This document shows positions 12,585 through 23,575 of a stretch of 64,000 nt of DNA, piece after piece. The stretch comes from Eledone cirrhosa (Eukaryota). The stretch spans positions 220,472,001 through 220,536,000 of the forward strand of contig OZ024741.1 of assembly GCA_964016885.1 (NCBI GenBank), written 5' to 3'. The translations under genes and the position numbers were made by a program. How positions within the stretch are numbered: the stretch's first letter is position 1; each line of letters begins with the position of its first letter. The notes under the pieces were generated by a model. That model searched no databases. It was not told the DNA's origin and saw only the letters and a program-made list of their open reading frames with translations.

Positions 12585-15500
12585 TGGTGGTGGTGGTGAT
12601 TATAATGTGGTGGTGGTGATTATAGTGTGGTGGTGGTGTTTGTAGTGATGGTGGTGGTGGTGATTATAATGTGGTGGTGGTGATTATAGTGTGGTGGTGG
12701 TGTTTGTAGTGATGGTGGTGGTGGTGATTATAGTGTGGTGGTGGTGATTATAGTGTGGTGGTGGTGTTTGTAGTGATGGTGGTGGTGGTGATTATAATGT
12801 GGTGGTGGTGATTATAGTGTGGTGGTGGTGTTTGTAGTGATGGTGGTGGTGGTGATTATAATGTGGTGGTGGTGATTATAGTGTGGTGGTGGTGTTTGTA
12901 GTGATGGTGGTGGTGGTGATTATAATGTGGTGGTGGTGATTATAGTGTGGTGGTGGTGTTTGTAGTGATGGTGGTGGTGGTGATTATAATCTGGTGGTGG
13001 TGATTATAGTGTGGTGGTGGTGTTTGTAGTGATGGTGGTGGTGGTGATTATAATGTGGTGGTGGTGATTATAGTGTGGTGGTGGCGCTTGTAGTGATGGT
13101 GGTGGTGGTGATTATAATGTGGTGGTGGTGATTATAGTGTGGTGGTGGTGTTTGTAGTGATGGTGGTGGTGGTGATTATAATGTGGTGGTGGTGATTATA
13201 GTGTGGTGGTGGTGTTTGTAGTGATGGTGGTGGTGGTGATTATAGTGTGGTGGTGGTGTTTGTAGTGATGGTGGTGGTGGTGATTATAATGTGGTGGTGG
13301 TGATTATAGTGTGGTGGTGGCGCTTGTAGTGATGGTGGTGGTGGTGATTATAATGTGGTGGTGGTGATTATAGTGTGGTGGTGGTGTTTGTAGTGATGTG
13401 GTGGTGGTGGTGATTATAATGTGGTGGTGGTGATTATAGTGTGGTGGTGGTGTTTGCAGTGATGGTGGTGGTGGTGATTATAATGTGGTGGTGGTGATTA
13501 TAGTGTGGTGGTGGTGTTTGTAGTGATGGTGGTGGTGGTGATTATAATGTGGTGGTGGTGATTATAGTGTGGTGGTGGTGTTTGTAGTGATGGTGGTGGT
13601 GGTGATTATAATGTGGTGGTGGTGATTATAGTGTGGTGGTGGTGTTTGTAGTGATGGTGGTGGTGGTGATTATAATGTGGTGGTGGTGATTATAGTGTGG
13701 TGGTGGTGTTTGTAGTGATGGTGGTGGTGGTGATTATAATGTGGTGGTGGTGATTATAGTGTGGTGGTGGTGTTTGTAGTGATGGTGGTGGTGGTGATTA
13801 TAGTGTGGTGGTGGTGTTTGTAGTGATGGTGGTGGTGGTGATTATAATGTGGTGGTGGTGATTATAATGTGGTGGTGGTGATTATAGTGTGGTGGTGGTG
13901 TTTGTAGTGATGGTGGTGGTGGTGATTATAGTGTGGTGGTGGTGTTTGTAGTGATGGTGGTGGTGGTGATTATAATGTGGTGGTGGTGATTATAGTGTGG
14001 TGGTGGCGCTTGTAGTGATGGTGGTGGTGGTGATTATAATGTGGTGGTGGTGATTATAGTGTGGTGGTGGTGTTTGTAGTGATGGTGGTGGTGGTGATTA
14101 TAATGTGGTGGTGGTGATTATAGTGTGGTGGTGGTGTTTGTAGTGATGGTGGTGGTGGTGATTATAGTGTGGTGGTGGTGTTTGTAGTGATGGTGGTGGT
14201 GGTGGTGATTATAGTGTGGTGGTGGTGATTATAGTGTGGTGGTGGCGTTTGTAGTGATGGTGGTGGTGGTGATTATAGTGTGGTGGTGGTGTTTGTAGTG
14301 ATGGTGGTGGTGGTGATTATAGTGTGGTGGTGGTGTTTGTAGTGATGGTGGTGGTGGTGGTGATTATAGTGTGGTGGTGGTGATTATAGTGTGGTGGTGG
14401 CGTTTGTAGTGATGGTGGTGGTGGTGATTATAGTGTGGTGGTGGTGATTATAGTGTGGTGGTGGTGTTTGTAGTGATGGTGGTGGTGGTGATTATAGTGT
14501 GGTGGTGGTGTTTGTAGTGATGGTGATGGTGGTGATTATAGTGTGGTGGTGGTGATTATAGTGTCGTGGTGGTGTTTGTAGTGATGGTGGTGGTGGTGAT
14601 TATAGTGTGGTGGTGGTGTTTATAGTGATGGTGGTGGTGGTGGTGACTATAGTGTGGTGGTGGTGGTGATTATAGTGTGGTGGTGGTGTTTGCAGTGATG
14701 GTGGTGGTGGTGGTGGTCATTATAGTGTGGTGGTGGTGTTTGTAGTGGTGGTGGTGGTGGTGTTTGTAGTGGTGGTGGTGGTGGTGGTGGTGATTATAGT
14801 GTGGTGGTGGTGTTTGTAGTAGTGGTGGTGGTGGTGGTGGTGATTATAGTGTGGTGGTGGTGTTTGCAGTGATGGTGGTGGTGGTGATTATGGTGTGGTG
14901 GTGGTGTTTGTAGTGATGGTGGTGGTGGTGGTGGTCATTATAGTGTGGTGGTGGTGTTTGTAGTGGTGGTGGTGGTGGTGGTGGTGATTATAGTGTGGTG
15001 GTGGTGTTTGTAGTGATGGTGGTGGTGGTGGTGGTGATTATAGTGTGGTGGTGGTGTTTGTAGTGATGGTGGTGGTGGTGATTATAATGTGGTGGTGGTG
15101 TTTGTAGTGATGGTGGTGGTGGTGATTATAGTGTGGTGGTGGTGGTGTTTGTTGTGATGGTGGTGGTGCTGATTATGGTGTGGTGGTGGTGTTTGTAGTG
15201 ATGGTGGTGGTGGTGGTGATGGTGTTTGTAGTGGTGGTGGTGACGGTTTTGTATTGGTGGTGGTGGTGGTGGTGATGGTTTTTGTAGTGGTGTTTGTAGT
15301 GGTGGTGGCGGTGATGTTTGTAGGGGTGGTGGTGGTGATGGCTGTGGTGTTTTTAGTGGTGGTGGTGGTGGTGGTGGCGGTGGTGTTTGTAGTGGTGGTG
15401 GTGGTGGTGGTGGCGGTGGTGTTTGTAGTCGTGGTGGTGGTGGTGGCGTTGGTGTTTGTATTTGTGGTGGTGGTGGGGTTTGTAGTGGTGGTGGTGGCGG

Positions 15501-15640
15501 TAGTGTTTGTAGTGGTGGTGGTGTGGTGGTGTTTGTAGTGGTGGTGGTGGCGGTGGTGTTTGTACTGGTGGCGGTGGTGGTGGTGTTTGTAGTAGTAGTG
15601 CTGGTGGTGGTGGCGGTGGTGGTTTATGTGGTGGTGGTGG
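12585..15640. repeat. ~3 kb (GGT)-derived minisatellite, 64-bp higher-order unit of three 20-bp monomers
   Basis: GTGGTGGTGGTGATTATAAT + GTGGTGGTGGTGATTATAGT + GTGGTGGTGGTGTTTGTAGT + GATG. TATAAT recurs at 12601 and 12665. Confidence 0.95.
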
Positions 15641-15711
15641 AAGTTCAGACTTAACTACTTTAAGATACACTGCAACTGTGTTGTTGCTTTCTTTTATTCT
15701 CTTACTAGTTT

Positions 15712-15860
15712 CCATCGTCAGTCACACTGCGACCATGCTGGAGCCCCACTTTGATTCAATATATCTTATTGACCCTAGTATTTAGTTTTTCAAGTCTAGC
15801 GTTTATTTATCGACTCTTTTGTTGTCGCACCGCTAAGATATCGGAGATAAAAGATATAAA
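15712..15860 (-). mobile_element. Diverged fragment of an octopus-type tRNA SINE
   Basis: CAGTCACACTGCGACCATGCTGGAGC...CCGCTAAG resembles, from recall, the abundant octopus SINE body. Confidence 0.5.
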
Positions 15861-15929
15861 CGTAAATACATATGCCACCCCACCCTAATACATACATATA
15901 TATATATATATGTGTGTGTGTATGTGTCG

Positions 15930-17290
15930 TATGTGCCTTTACGTCATGGATTGGTGTGTATATACCTATCACAGTTGGGACGAATTGTGTAGCGACTGTG
16001 TTTATTTTTTACGGAGCCGGGTTCCTGGAATATTGCGTAGTATGTGAGCTGTCTTATATGATTATGTATGCCTATATGGGTACGACTTCACCTAACGGAC
16101 ATACTGTGGTACCCGGTGGATTTTCTGATTTAAGTACTTTGTGTTATTTTCTGTTTTGTATTGATTGTTAATCCACGTGGTGTGCGCGATTAGTCAACGG
16201 GGAATTACTGCTGGATTTAACCTGGCATTGGTTGGACGAGGTCGCGGTTGGATTGGGTGTGACAAATATGGTTATACGGAATTTGGAGCTGCAACCTGGA
16301 CATATAACACATCGCGGTCTGGAATTTTAAACATGTGAGGATTTTTTATGTGTAACATCAGCCTGTAACATATGTTACCATACGTGCTGATATGTTTTGG
16401 TGAGTATATGAATGCGACTGGATTACATTTTACGGACGATCTACATATGTTGTAAGTTCTAGACTGGATTACCATCTACGGACGATCTACTTATATTATA
16501 ACTCCTCGCCAATCGGGGCATATGAAACCGATTGGATTAACATCTAAGGTGGATATACATATGTTGTGACTCCTCGCCAGATGTGCCTTATACAGGGTCT
16601 AAACCATATTTGTCGTGTATTATTTGCTTCAGCTTGATCATGCATTAACCCCGCTTTGTCTGTGTTTGGCTTGTATTGATGTGGTGCCTGTCTATGTGCA
16701 AGTTTAGCACCCCTCGTCCACTTAGTTCGATAACCTACTGGTATACCCTGATTATGTATACTATGGGGAGGAATAAAATCCCCTTTGGACTTTCTGAAGG
16801 TACTTTAGGGGTCACGTAGTATTTCTATAAGTCATGGGAAACTAAATCACCTGTTCTATATAGTGACCAATGCATAACTTCCTCTGTTGCTTTTGTGTGC
16901 TTTAATTTTTTAATTATTTATTTATCTTTTTATATTATTTTTCTTTTACTTTATTATTATTACATTTTTTAACTATCTTTAAATGCTTTATTTATTTCTG
17001 TGTGCCCTCACGCGCCCCCGTCTCTTGTGAGAAAATCTGCCTATATCCTCATATGTAGCTGTAATGTTGAATAACAACCCCATTACGCATTCTCTCCATC
17101 CTTTCCATTGCCAATCTCCCTCTTATCCTGTACTGTATATCTAATGTTCGTGTGACTAAGCTTGGTAGAGCTTATACTCAGCACTATATGTTTGTTTATA
17201 AAGCTCTCATGATTCCTGGCCCACGGTATGGATGAAACATTGTCAGCGAATAAAAATCGTATGAGTATGTAGGCGTTCTTTGATTTCCTT

Positions 17291-17295
<5 letters not shown>
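15930..17295 (+). mobile_element. Unclassified ~1.35 kb insertion ending in a PLE-like tail with a degenerate hammerhead
   Basis: Internal ~50-bp repeats (TACGGACGATCTAC.., ACTCCTCGCCA) at 16430-16580. GCT-CTCATGA-TTCC...GGAT-GAAAC-ATT-GTC-AGC at 17203-17247, then AATAAA, ATGAGTAT and (TA)n. Confidence 0.45.
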
Positions 17296-17326
<31 letters not shown>

Positions 17327-17329
<3 letters not shown>

Positions 17330-17634
17330 TTCAAGAGTAACCAATCTTAAAGAGAGAGATGGAGATAGGAGAGGAGATATGAGAGGAGAGATTGGTGAAT
17401 TAGTTAGAAGCCAAAGCGTAAAGGCATGTGCTCAATGTGCAATATACAGTAGAAAGCAGCTAGGTGGCTGGGTTCATGCAGAAGTTAGGTGCGCAGAGCT
17501 GGAAATATTCATTAGTTAAGCAAAACAAGACCTCAAACTTCACAAGGAAGACATTATTAAAAGATTGTCAACATATTTTAGTTTGATGTAAGGAATGTAG
17601 AGAATAATAATAATAATATTAATAATAATAATAA
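17327..17634 (+). mobile_element. Family C repeat, long copy, ending in (AAT)n
   Basis: CAGTTCAAGAGTAACCAATCTTAAAGAG...GTAAGGAATGTAGAG(AAT)n. Reverse complement of 54529-54822. Confidence 0.85.
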
Positions 17635-17785
17635 TGTCCGTTTACAAGTGTTTCGCTACTCCATATAATATTTCTGGATCAGATGACTATATATCATAAT
17701 TGATCTGGTTCAGTTGAAAATAATTAACATATTTAAAAGACAGAGCGGCTCATCGGAACTTCAAAGGAATATAAATTAAAATAAT

Positions 17786-17965
17786 TATTTCTACTTTAGG
17801 CACAAGGCCAGCAAATACCCAGTACATTACTGGTACTTTATTTTATCTATCCAGTAAGGATGAAAGGCAAAGTTAACCTCGGCGGGATTTGACTGTAAAG
17901 GGACGTAACTATGCTAGAAAGCATGGCGTCCAACCCTCTACCGATACTGCCAATTCACCGCCCTT
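17786..17965 (-). mobile_element. tRNA-derived SINE with ~18-bp TSD
   Basis: Reverse complement of the 22968-type SINE. AATATAAATTAAAATAAT is duplicated at ~17768 and ~17969. Confidence 0.85.
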
Positions 17966-18838
17966 ATAAATATAAATTAAAATAATGAGAGAATGTTACA
18001 TAATATAATGTTCCATATATTGGTTTTTCCCTATGGTGTCTTGGTTGCATCAGTTGTCAGCCATAATCAACAGTATTCATCTGTCGAGGCTGCATTGTGT
18101 GAGATCTGCTTATGGGTAACAATATGGCTGCCAAAGGATATATTTACTTTACTAATTAGAGGGTGGTTTCAGGGGAAGTAACTCCTCGAGAGGTTAGAAA
18201 TTGTGGGTAGTTTATAGTTAAGTGTTAATTTTTAATTTTTTTAATTGAGAGACAATGTAGGGGAGGTAACTTATAATTATCTAAGTTAGTCATAGCTATT
18301 TAACTTATTAGCTGCAAGTAAAAATGGGGCTAGATGACTAAGTTGGGTCAAATATTCTATTGCCGAAGGAATTAGCCCTTCTATGTTGACAGCTAATAGT
18401 TACCTCCGTTCTATCGTTAATCGGTAGAGGTCGTGATAGAGTTATGTAATATGCTTCTGTAATACAGAGATCACAAGATTAGTAAGGTAAATATGTCCTT
18501 TGGCAGCGATCTTGTTACCCATAGGCAGATCTCACACAATGCAGCCTCGACAGATGAATACTGCTTGATTATGACTGACAACTGATGAACCAAGACACCA
18601 TAGTGAAAAACCAATATATGGAACATTATATTATGTAACATTTCTCATTATTTTAATTTATATTCCTTTGAAGTTCCGATGTGCCGCTCATCTTTTAAAT
18701 ATGTGAATTATTTCCGATGAGCCGCTCGTCTTTTAAATATGTTAATTATTTTCAACTGAACCAGATCAATTATGATATATAGTCATCTGATCCAGAAATA
18801 TTATATGGAGTAGCGAAACAATTGTAAACGGACATTAT

Positions 18839-18947
18839 CCCGCCGAGGTTAACTTTGCTTCATCCTTACGGGGTCGATAAAATAAAGTACCAGTAATGCA
18901 CTGGTTAATTTCGGGCCTTGTGCCAAAAGTAGAAACAATTATTATTA
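18839..18947 (+). mobile_element. 5'-truncated tRNA SINE
   Basis: CCCGCCGAGGTTAACTTTGC...GGCCTTGTGCCAAAAGTAGAAACAATTATTATT. Confidence 0.8.
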
Positions 18948-19059
18948 ATGTTATTATTATTATTCTCTACATTCCTTACATCAAACTAAAATATGTTGAC
19001 AATCTTTTAATAATGTCTTCCTTGTGAAATTTGTGGTCTTGTTTTGCTTAACTAATGAA

Positions 19060-19062
<3 letters not shown>
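18948..19062 (-). mobile_element. Family C short copy (inverted)
   Basis: (ATT)nCTCTACATTCCTTACATC...TTAACTAATGAAT. Confidence 0.85.
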
Positions 19063-19105
<43 letters not shown>

Positions 19106-19116
19106 TATGTGTATAT

Positions 19117-19174
<58 letters not shown>

Positions 19175-19364
19175 TAGATAGTTATATCTGTATACATAAG
19201 TGTATATATATAGTGTGTGTAACCGAGGAGACTGCACCAATGTGTAAATATACATATAAGTAGGGCGCTTGCAGCCATAAATATGTCCTACCATATCTAG
19301 CGTAAAACTAATATATTTCTTCATTGTACTGTATCATTTACTTTATTATTTCTGTTTGCCTTTT

Positions 19365-19417
<53 letters not shown>

Positions 19418-19640
19418 GTTATAATTTGGGAGGGTCTTGCTGCCAATAAAACTCACGCAACTGTGAGTTTCATTTCAATTTATTATAATTTCCCGTCGGT
19501 TAGTTTAATAACCGGATGGTTGTTTAGTTGTTGACTATCAAATCTCTTTTGTCACACATACTGTGACCTCCTCAGTAACTATTTTGTTACTTTGTGTTTC
19601 CTCTCTAGTCTGTTTCACACCATCTTTTCTTTGTGAGCTG
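19418..19640 (-). mobile_element. Family D pLTR copy
   Basis: Homologous to 5121-5345. Minus strand CTGAGGA-G-GTCACAGTATGTGTGAC-AAAA-GAGA-TT-TGAT (mutated core). Confidence 0.7.
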
Positions 19641-19660
19641 TATACCCATATATATGTGTG

Positions 19661-19692
<32 letters not shown>

Positions 19693-19926
19693 CGTGTGTG
19701 TGTGTCATTGAATCACCTACACTATATATATATATGTGTGTATATATATATATGTATATATATATATGTATACGTATATATATATATATATATATATAAG
19801 CCTATGGTAGTAACTTACCCAAGGTACCATGTAGCGGAAGTGAACCTATAATCAACTTATGGATCGAATTCCTTAACCACCCCACGATGACTGTTTCTTT
19901 TTGTTTGTTTTGTAAATTATATTTCA

Positions 19927-20120
19927 ATAATTGTTTCTACTTTTGGCACAAGGCCAGAAATTACCCAGTGCATTACTGGTACTTTATTTTTTCGACCCCG
20001 TAAGGATGAAAGGCAAAGTTAACCTCGACGGGATTTGAACTCAGAATTGCAAGGGCCGTAACTCTATGCGTCAAAGCATGGCGTCCGACGCTCTACCGAT
20101 ACTGCCAATCCACAGCCCTA
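19927..20120 (-). mobile_element. tRNA-derived SINE, near full length
   Basis: Minus-strand TGGCAGTATCGG (A-box-like) and GAGTTCAAATCCC (B-box). Confidence 0.85.
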
Positions 20121-20329
20121 TACTTTATATTTTAATAATGTCAGTAATTCATAAGAATTGTAAAGCGAAGAAATGAAAGGAAAATTGATTCTGGATTTGA
20201 ACTCAGAACTCTGATATATAGGATGTGTCAACTTCTATAGCGTTATGCCACATTTGGGGCTTCCAAAGGGTAATAGACTGGGGGGGGGGGGTGAAAGGAA
20301 CAGTAACTGCAATCAAACAGATAACGACA

Positions 20330-20860
20330 CATGGACAAACCAATTAGGGAGTTACTACTTGATCACTTTAGTTGCTAGATAAAAACTCAGCGTTCACATA
20401 CTCCCTGCACAACACTAATCTCAAGAAGTCTTCTATGAACGTGACCTGGGCATTACTGTCAGCAATTTGCATTGGACAAAGCACATCTCTGGCATATTAC
20501 TGACAGAAGCCACTTGCGTTGGACAAAGCACCTCTCTAAAATGTTCAAGGAGGCCGTGGGTGTCTTGGCATCACTCAGTAAGACCTTTGTCAGCCACTCT
20601 CCAGCTATCTATTTAAAACTGTATCTAGCTATGATACGACCACACTTAGAATTTGCAACAGCAGTCTGGAGCCCCTATCTTGCTCAGAATATTGGCCTGA
20701 AACAAATTACCTGCATTAATTGTTAGCTGTTATCATGACTCATACACCATTCACTTTCCTGACATTTGTACAATATTCTATGTACTATACAAGCACCTTT
20801 GATGAGTTGTAGTGCACCTGATCACTGTACACAATACTTTTCATTATTCTTATTCTTATT
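20330..20860 (+). mobile_element. Old CR1-group LINE 3' fragment
   Basis: Translations ERDLGITVS and KLYLAMIRPHLEFATAVWSPY, typical of the CR1 post-RT region. Confidence 0.75.
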
Positions 20861-20924
20861 ATTATTTAATAGTATATCTCCCACGTAGCGCAGTCTACTG
20901 TAGTACAAATATTGCAGATTGTGT

Positions 20925-21220
20925 GTCGGCACTCCGTCGGTTACGACGATGAGTGTTCCAGTTGTTACGATCACCGGAACGCCTGCTCGCGAAACTAACG
21001 TGCAAGTGGCTGAGCATCTTAAGGTTACGCATACCATTAACATAGTTCTCAGGGAGATTCAGCATGACACATAATGTGACAAGGCTGTTGCCAGCTGAGT
21101 GGACTGGAGAAATGTGAAATAAAGTGTCTTGCTTAAAGCCACAACGCACCATCGGAAATTGAATTCACGACCTTGTGATCGTGAGCTGAATACGCTAACC
21201 ACTAAGCCACGCGCTGTCAC
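20925..21220 (-). mobile_element. tRNA-derived SINE (second family)
   Basis: Minus-strand head GCGTGGCTTAGTGGTTAG (A box)...GTGAATTCAATTTCC, then AGCAAGACACTTTATTTCAC. The head is also seen at 36073. Confidence 0.8.
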
Positions 21221-21589
21221 ATATTGTAAATTAGATAATATGGCTCACAATACACAATACCCTATCGAAAAGATTGGCTATCTGCGCCGCCCTTGAACAT
21301 AGCGTCTCTGAACTAAAACTAAACAAATGCTACAGCAGTAGACGTATGGTCTTAGCGAGGGAGTCTCTACGTGGTTATTTGATTTGCATGAAACAACAGT
21401 TAATAGCTCTTAAATCACAATCTACAATCTCCGAAAACGTGACATATTAGGTAACTTAGTTCTTGTTTTACTGGACATTGGAAAAGCATAGTTGGAATGC
21501 GTTGACCATTGGTCTTCTAGTACAGGACAGACATATGGTTTGGGGAATATTCAAGCTGACGAAGTATGTGTTCGATGAATCTGCTCGAT

Positions 21590-21905
21590 ACCTCTCAAAT
21601 TATAACCTTCCGTTTTAAATAAGTAAACCGCCGCTCTCTGGTAGGTTTGTCGTTGAGCCTCAGGCAGTGGAGATTTCCAGCGTTTTGGGGGCCCGGAGCA
21701 CATACCCGCTCACTGCTATCGTAGTGGAGTTGGTTACCCGCAAGTGCGAGCACAGTGAGGTTGGTATGTCTGTTCCAGCATTTCTCACTCGCCGTTCTCC
21801 GAGGCAATGTTTTCTCTATCCTGTCGTCCAGGACCACGAGGTGGATTGTCCCTTACTTTCAGGTGTAGTGGTAACATATGGAATATATTTATATCCATAA
21901 AACTG
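21590..21905 (-). pseudogene. Frameshifted leucine-rich-repeat coding segment (pseudo-exon or indel-damaged exon)
   Basis: LTVLALAGNQL matches LxxLxLxxNxL. Neighbouring frames give HLKVRDNP, HLVVLDDRIEK, NQL/TTI and LHCLRLNDKP. A pyrimidine-rich CAG acceptor lies at ~21903. Confidence 0.4.
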
Positions 21906-22763
21906 AGTAGGTAAGACATTTGCAACTAAACTGTTGGGTCATCAAGTATGAAATTTGTAGACATTTGTAGAAGAAAAACAAATCTCTACAAATTTACTTG
22001 ACGACCCAATACATATATTACACTGGGCAACAGAAAAGAATTTTTGTCTAGTGCCTTGAATATTTCAACGAATTCTTAAGTGAGTTTGTGTGTTAAATCC
22101 ACGAATGAATTCAGGTTTTCTCTATCAGGTTAATTTTTTTACTAAACCTGATAAAGTAAGTATTTTATTCATACAAGAGGCATATAATTATATGCCTTTG
22201 TATGAATAAAATAATTATCGAAACCGTTATAGATAAAATAGTACTAGACATGCAAGTACAATGACGGGATTCGTAACGGTTGAAATGCCTTTGGTCATAT
22301 GTCTCGTATACCAGTGTTAACCTGGGGTTCAATAACGTAAACTAGCACAGGATATTTATTTCAACGCCTCATCGTGTGTGTTAAGAAATTCACTGCAGCA
22401 CTATGTGACTGCATAAACTCGAGCTAGTTAATCATCTATCGTCGTCTGTGTTAGATATTTTCTTGTAATGTTTTTGCAGAGACGCAGTAAAAAAAGTCGT
22501 TGTTCTAGTTGGAGATAGTCCAGCGTGGCATTTGAACTTCTAAAACAAACTGAAATAACTAGCAACTGCTGATAAACATTTATAATGGTGTATGAGATTG
22601 GCTGTTGGCCAGAATATACGTAGAAATTGATACAGTCGAGACAAATAACCCCTTAATATGCCAGATACTTATTTTATTGATCCAGGAACAATGAACAAAT
22701 TATATCGGTATCAACAAGAAGGTTGAACCTAAATAGGAACATAGACGCAGTATTAGTTGTATC

Positions 22764-23575
22764 AGGGCGGTGGACTGGCAGTATCGATAGAGGGTCAGAC
22801 GCCATGCTTTGCAGCATAGAGTTATGGTCCTTTACAGTGTGAGTTCATATCCCGCCGAGGTTAACTTTTCCTTTCCTCCTTACGGGGTCGATAAATAAAG
22901 CACCAGTAATACATTGGGGTAATTGTTGGCCTTGTGTCAAAAGTAGAAACAATTATTATTAATAGTAGGGCGGTGAATTGGCAGTATCGGTAGAGGGTTG
23001 GACGCCATGCTTTCTAGCATAGTTACGTCCCTTTACGGTCTGAGTTCAAATCCCGCCGAGGTTAACTTTGCCTTTTATCCTTACGGGGGTCGATAAAATA
23101 AAGTACCAGTCACGCACTGGGGTAAATTTCATCGACTTTTCCCTCCCCCCGAAATTGCTGGCCTTGTGCCTATATAAGAAACCATTATTATTATTATTAT
23201 TATTATCAGTAGTAGTAGTAGTAGTAGTAGATGGGCGGTGGATTGGCAGAGTTGTTAGAGGGTCGGAGGCTTTGTGGCATAGTTACGGCCCTTTCCGTTT
23301 TGAGTTCAAATACCGCCAAGATTAGCTTTGCCTTTCCTCCTTACGGAGTCACAGACTGGTCAATTTAATCGACTGTCCTCTCGCCCAAAATTGCTGGCCT
23401 CGTGCCTATATAACAAACCATTTACGATCTGAGTTCAAATCCCGCCGAGGTTGACTTTGCCTTTCATCCTTACGGGGTCGATAAAATAAAGTACCAGTAA
23501 TCCACTGGGTAATTGCTGGCCTTGTGCCTAAAGTAGAACCAATTATTATTATTAGTAGTAGTAGTAGTAGTAGTC
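22764..23575 (+). mobile_element. Head-to-tail array of four tRNA SINE copies
   Basis: GGGCGGTG heads at ~22765, ~22968 and ~23233 and a truncated copy at ~23421. Most end in (ATT)n/(AGT)n. Confidence 0.9.

Larger units (their letters stand above)
17507..19062. repeat. ~1.55 kb composite inverted repeat with a ~380-bp spacer
   Basis: 17965-18125 matches rc(18508-18662). 17633-17785 matches rc(18650-18838). The family C ends are also inverted. The arms carry a long-stem-II hammerhead motif (CCGATGA-GCCGCTC...GAGTAGC-GAAAC-AATT-GTA-AAC, ending 18829). Confidence 0.85.

Noticed and set aside
12585-14200. Periodic TATAAT in a regular repeat (bacterial -10 box or CRISPR-like look)
   Set aside because: No unique spacers, no cas genes and a eukaryotic context. 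It is a minisatellite.
15254-15715. Poly-Val and Pro/His-rich ORFs
   Set aside because: Translations of the (GGT)n tract.
20940-21005. GACGATGAG...CTCGCGAAAC hammerhead-like string in a SINE
   Set aside because: No CUGA core and no stem I pairing. It is part of the SINE body.
21130-21220. tRNA gene (also 36073-36145 and the 22.8-23.3 kb heads)
   Set aside because: A/B boxes are present but the cloverleaf is not intact and the sequence continues into SINE bodies.
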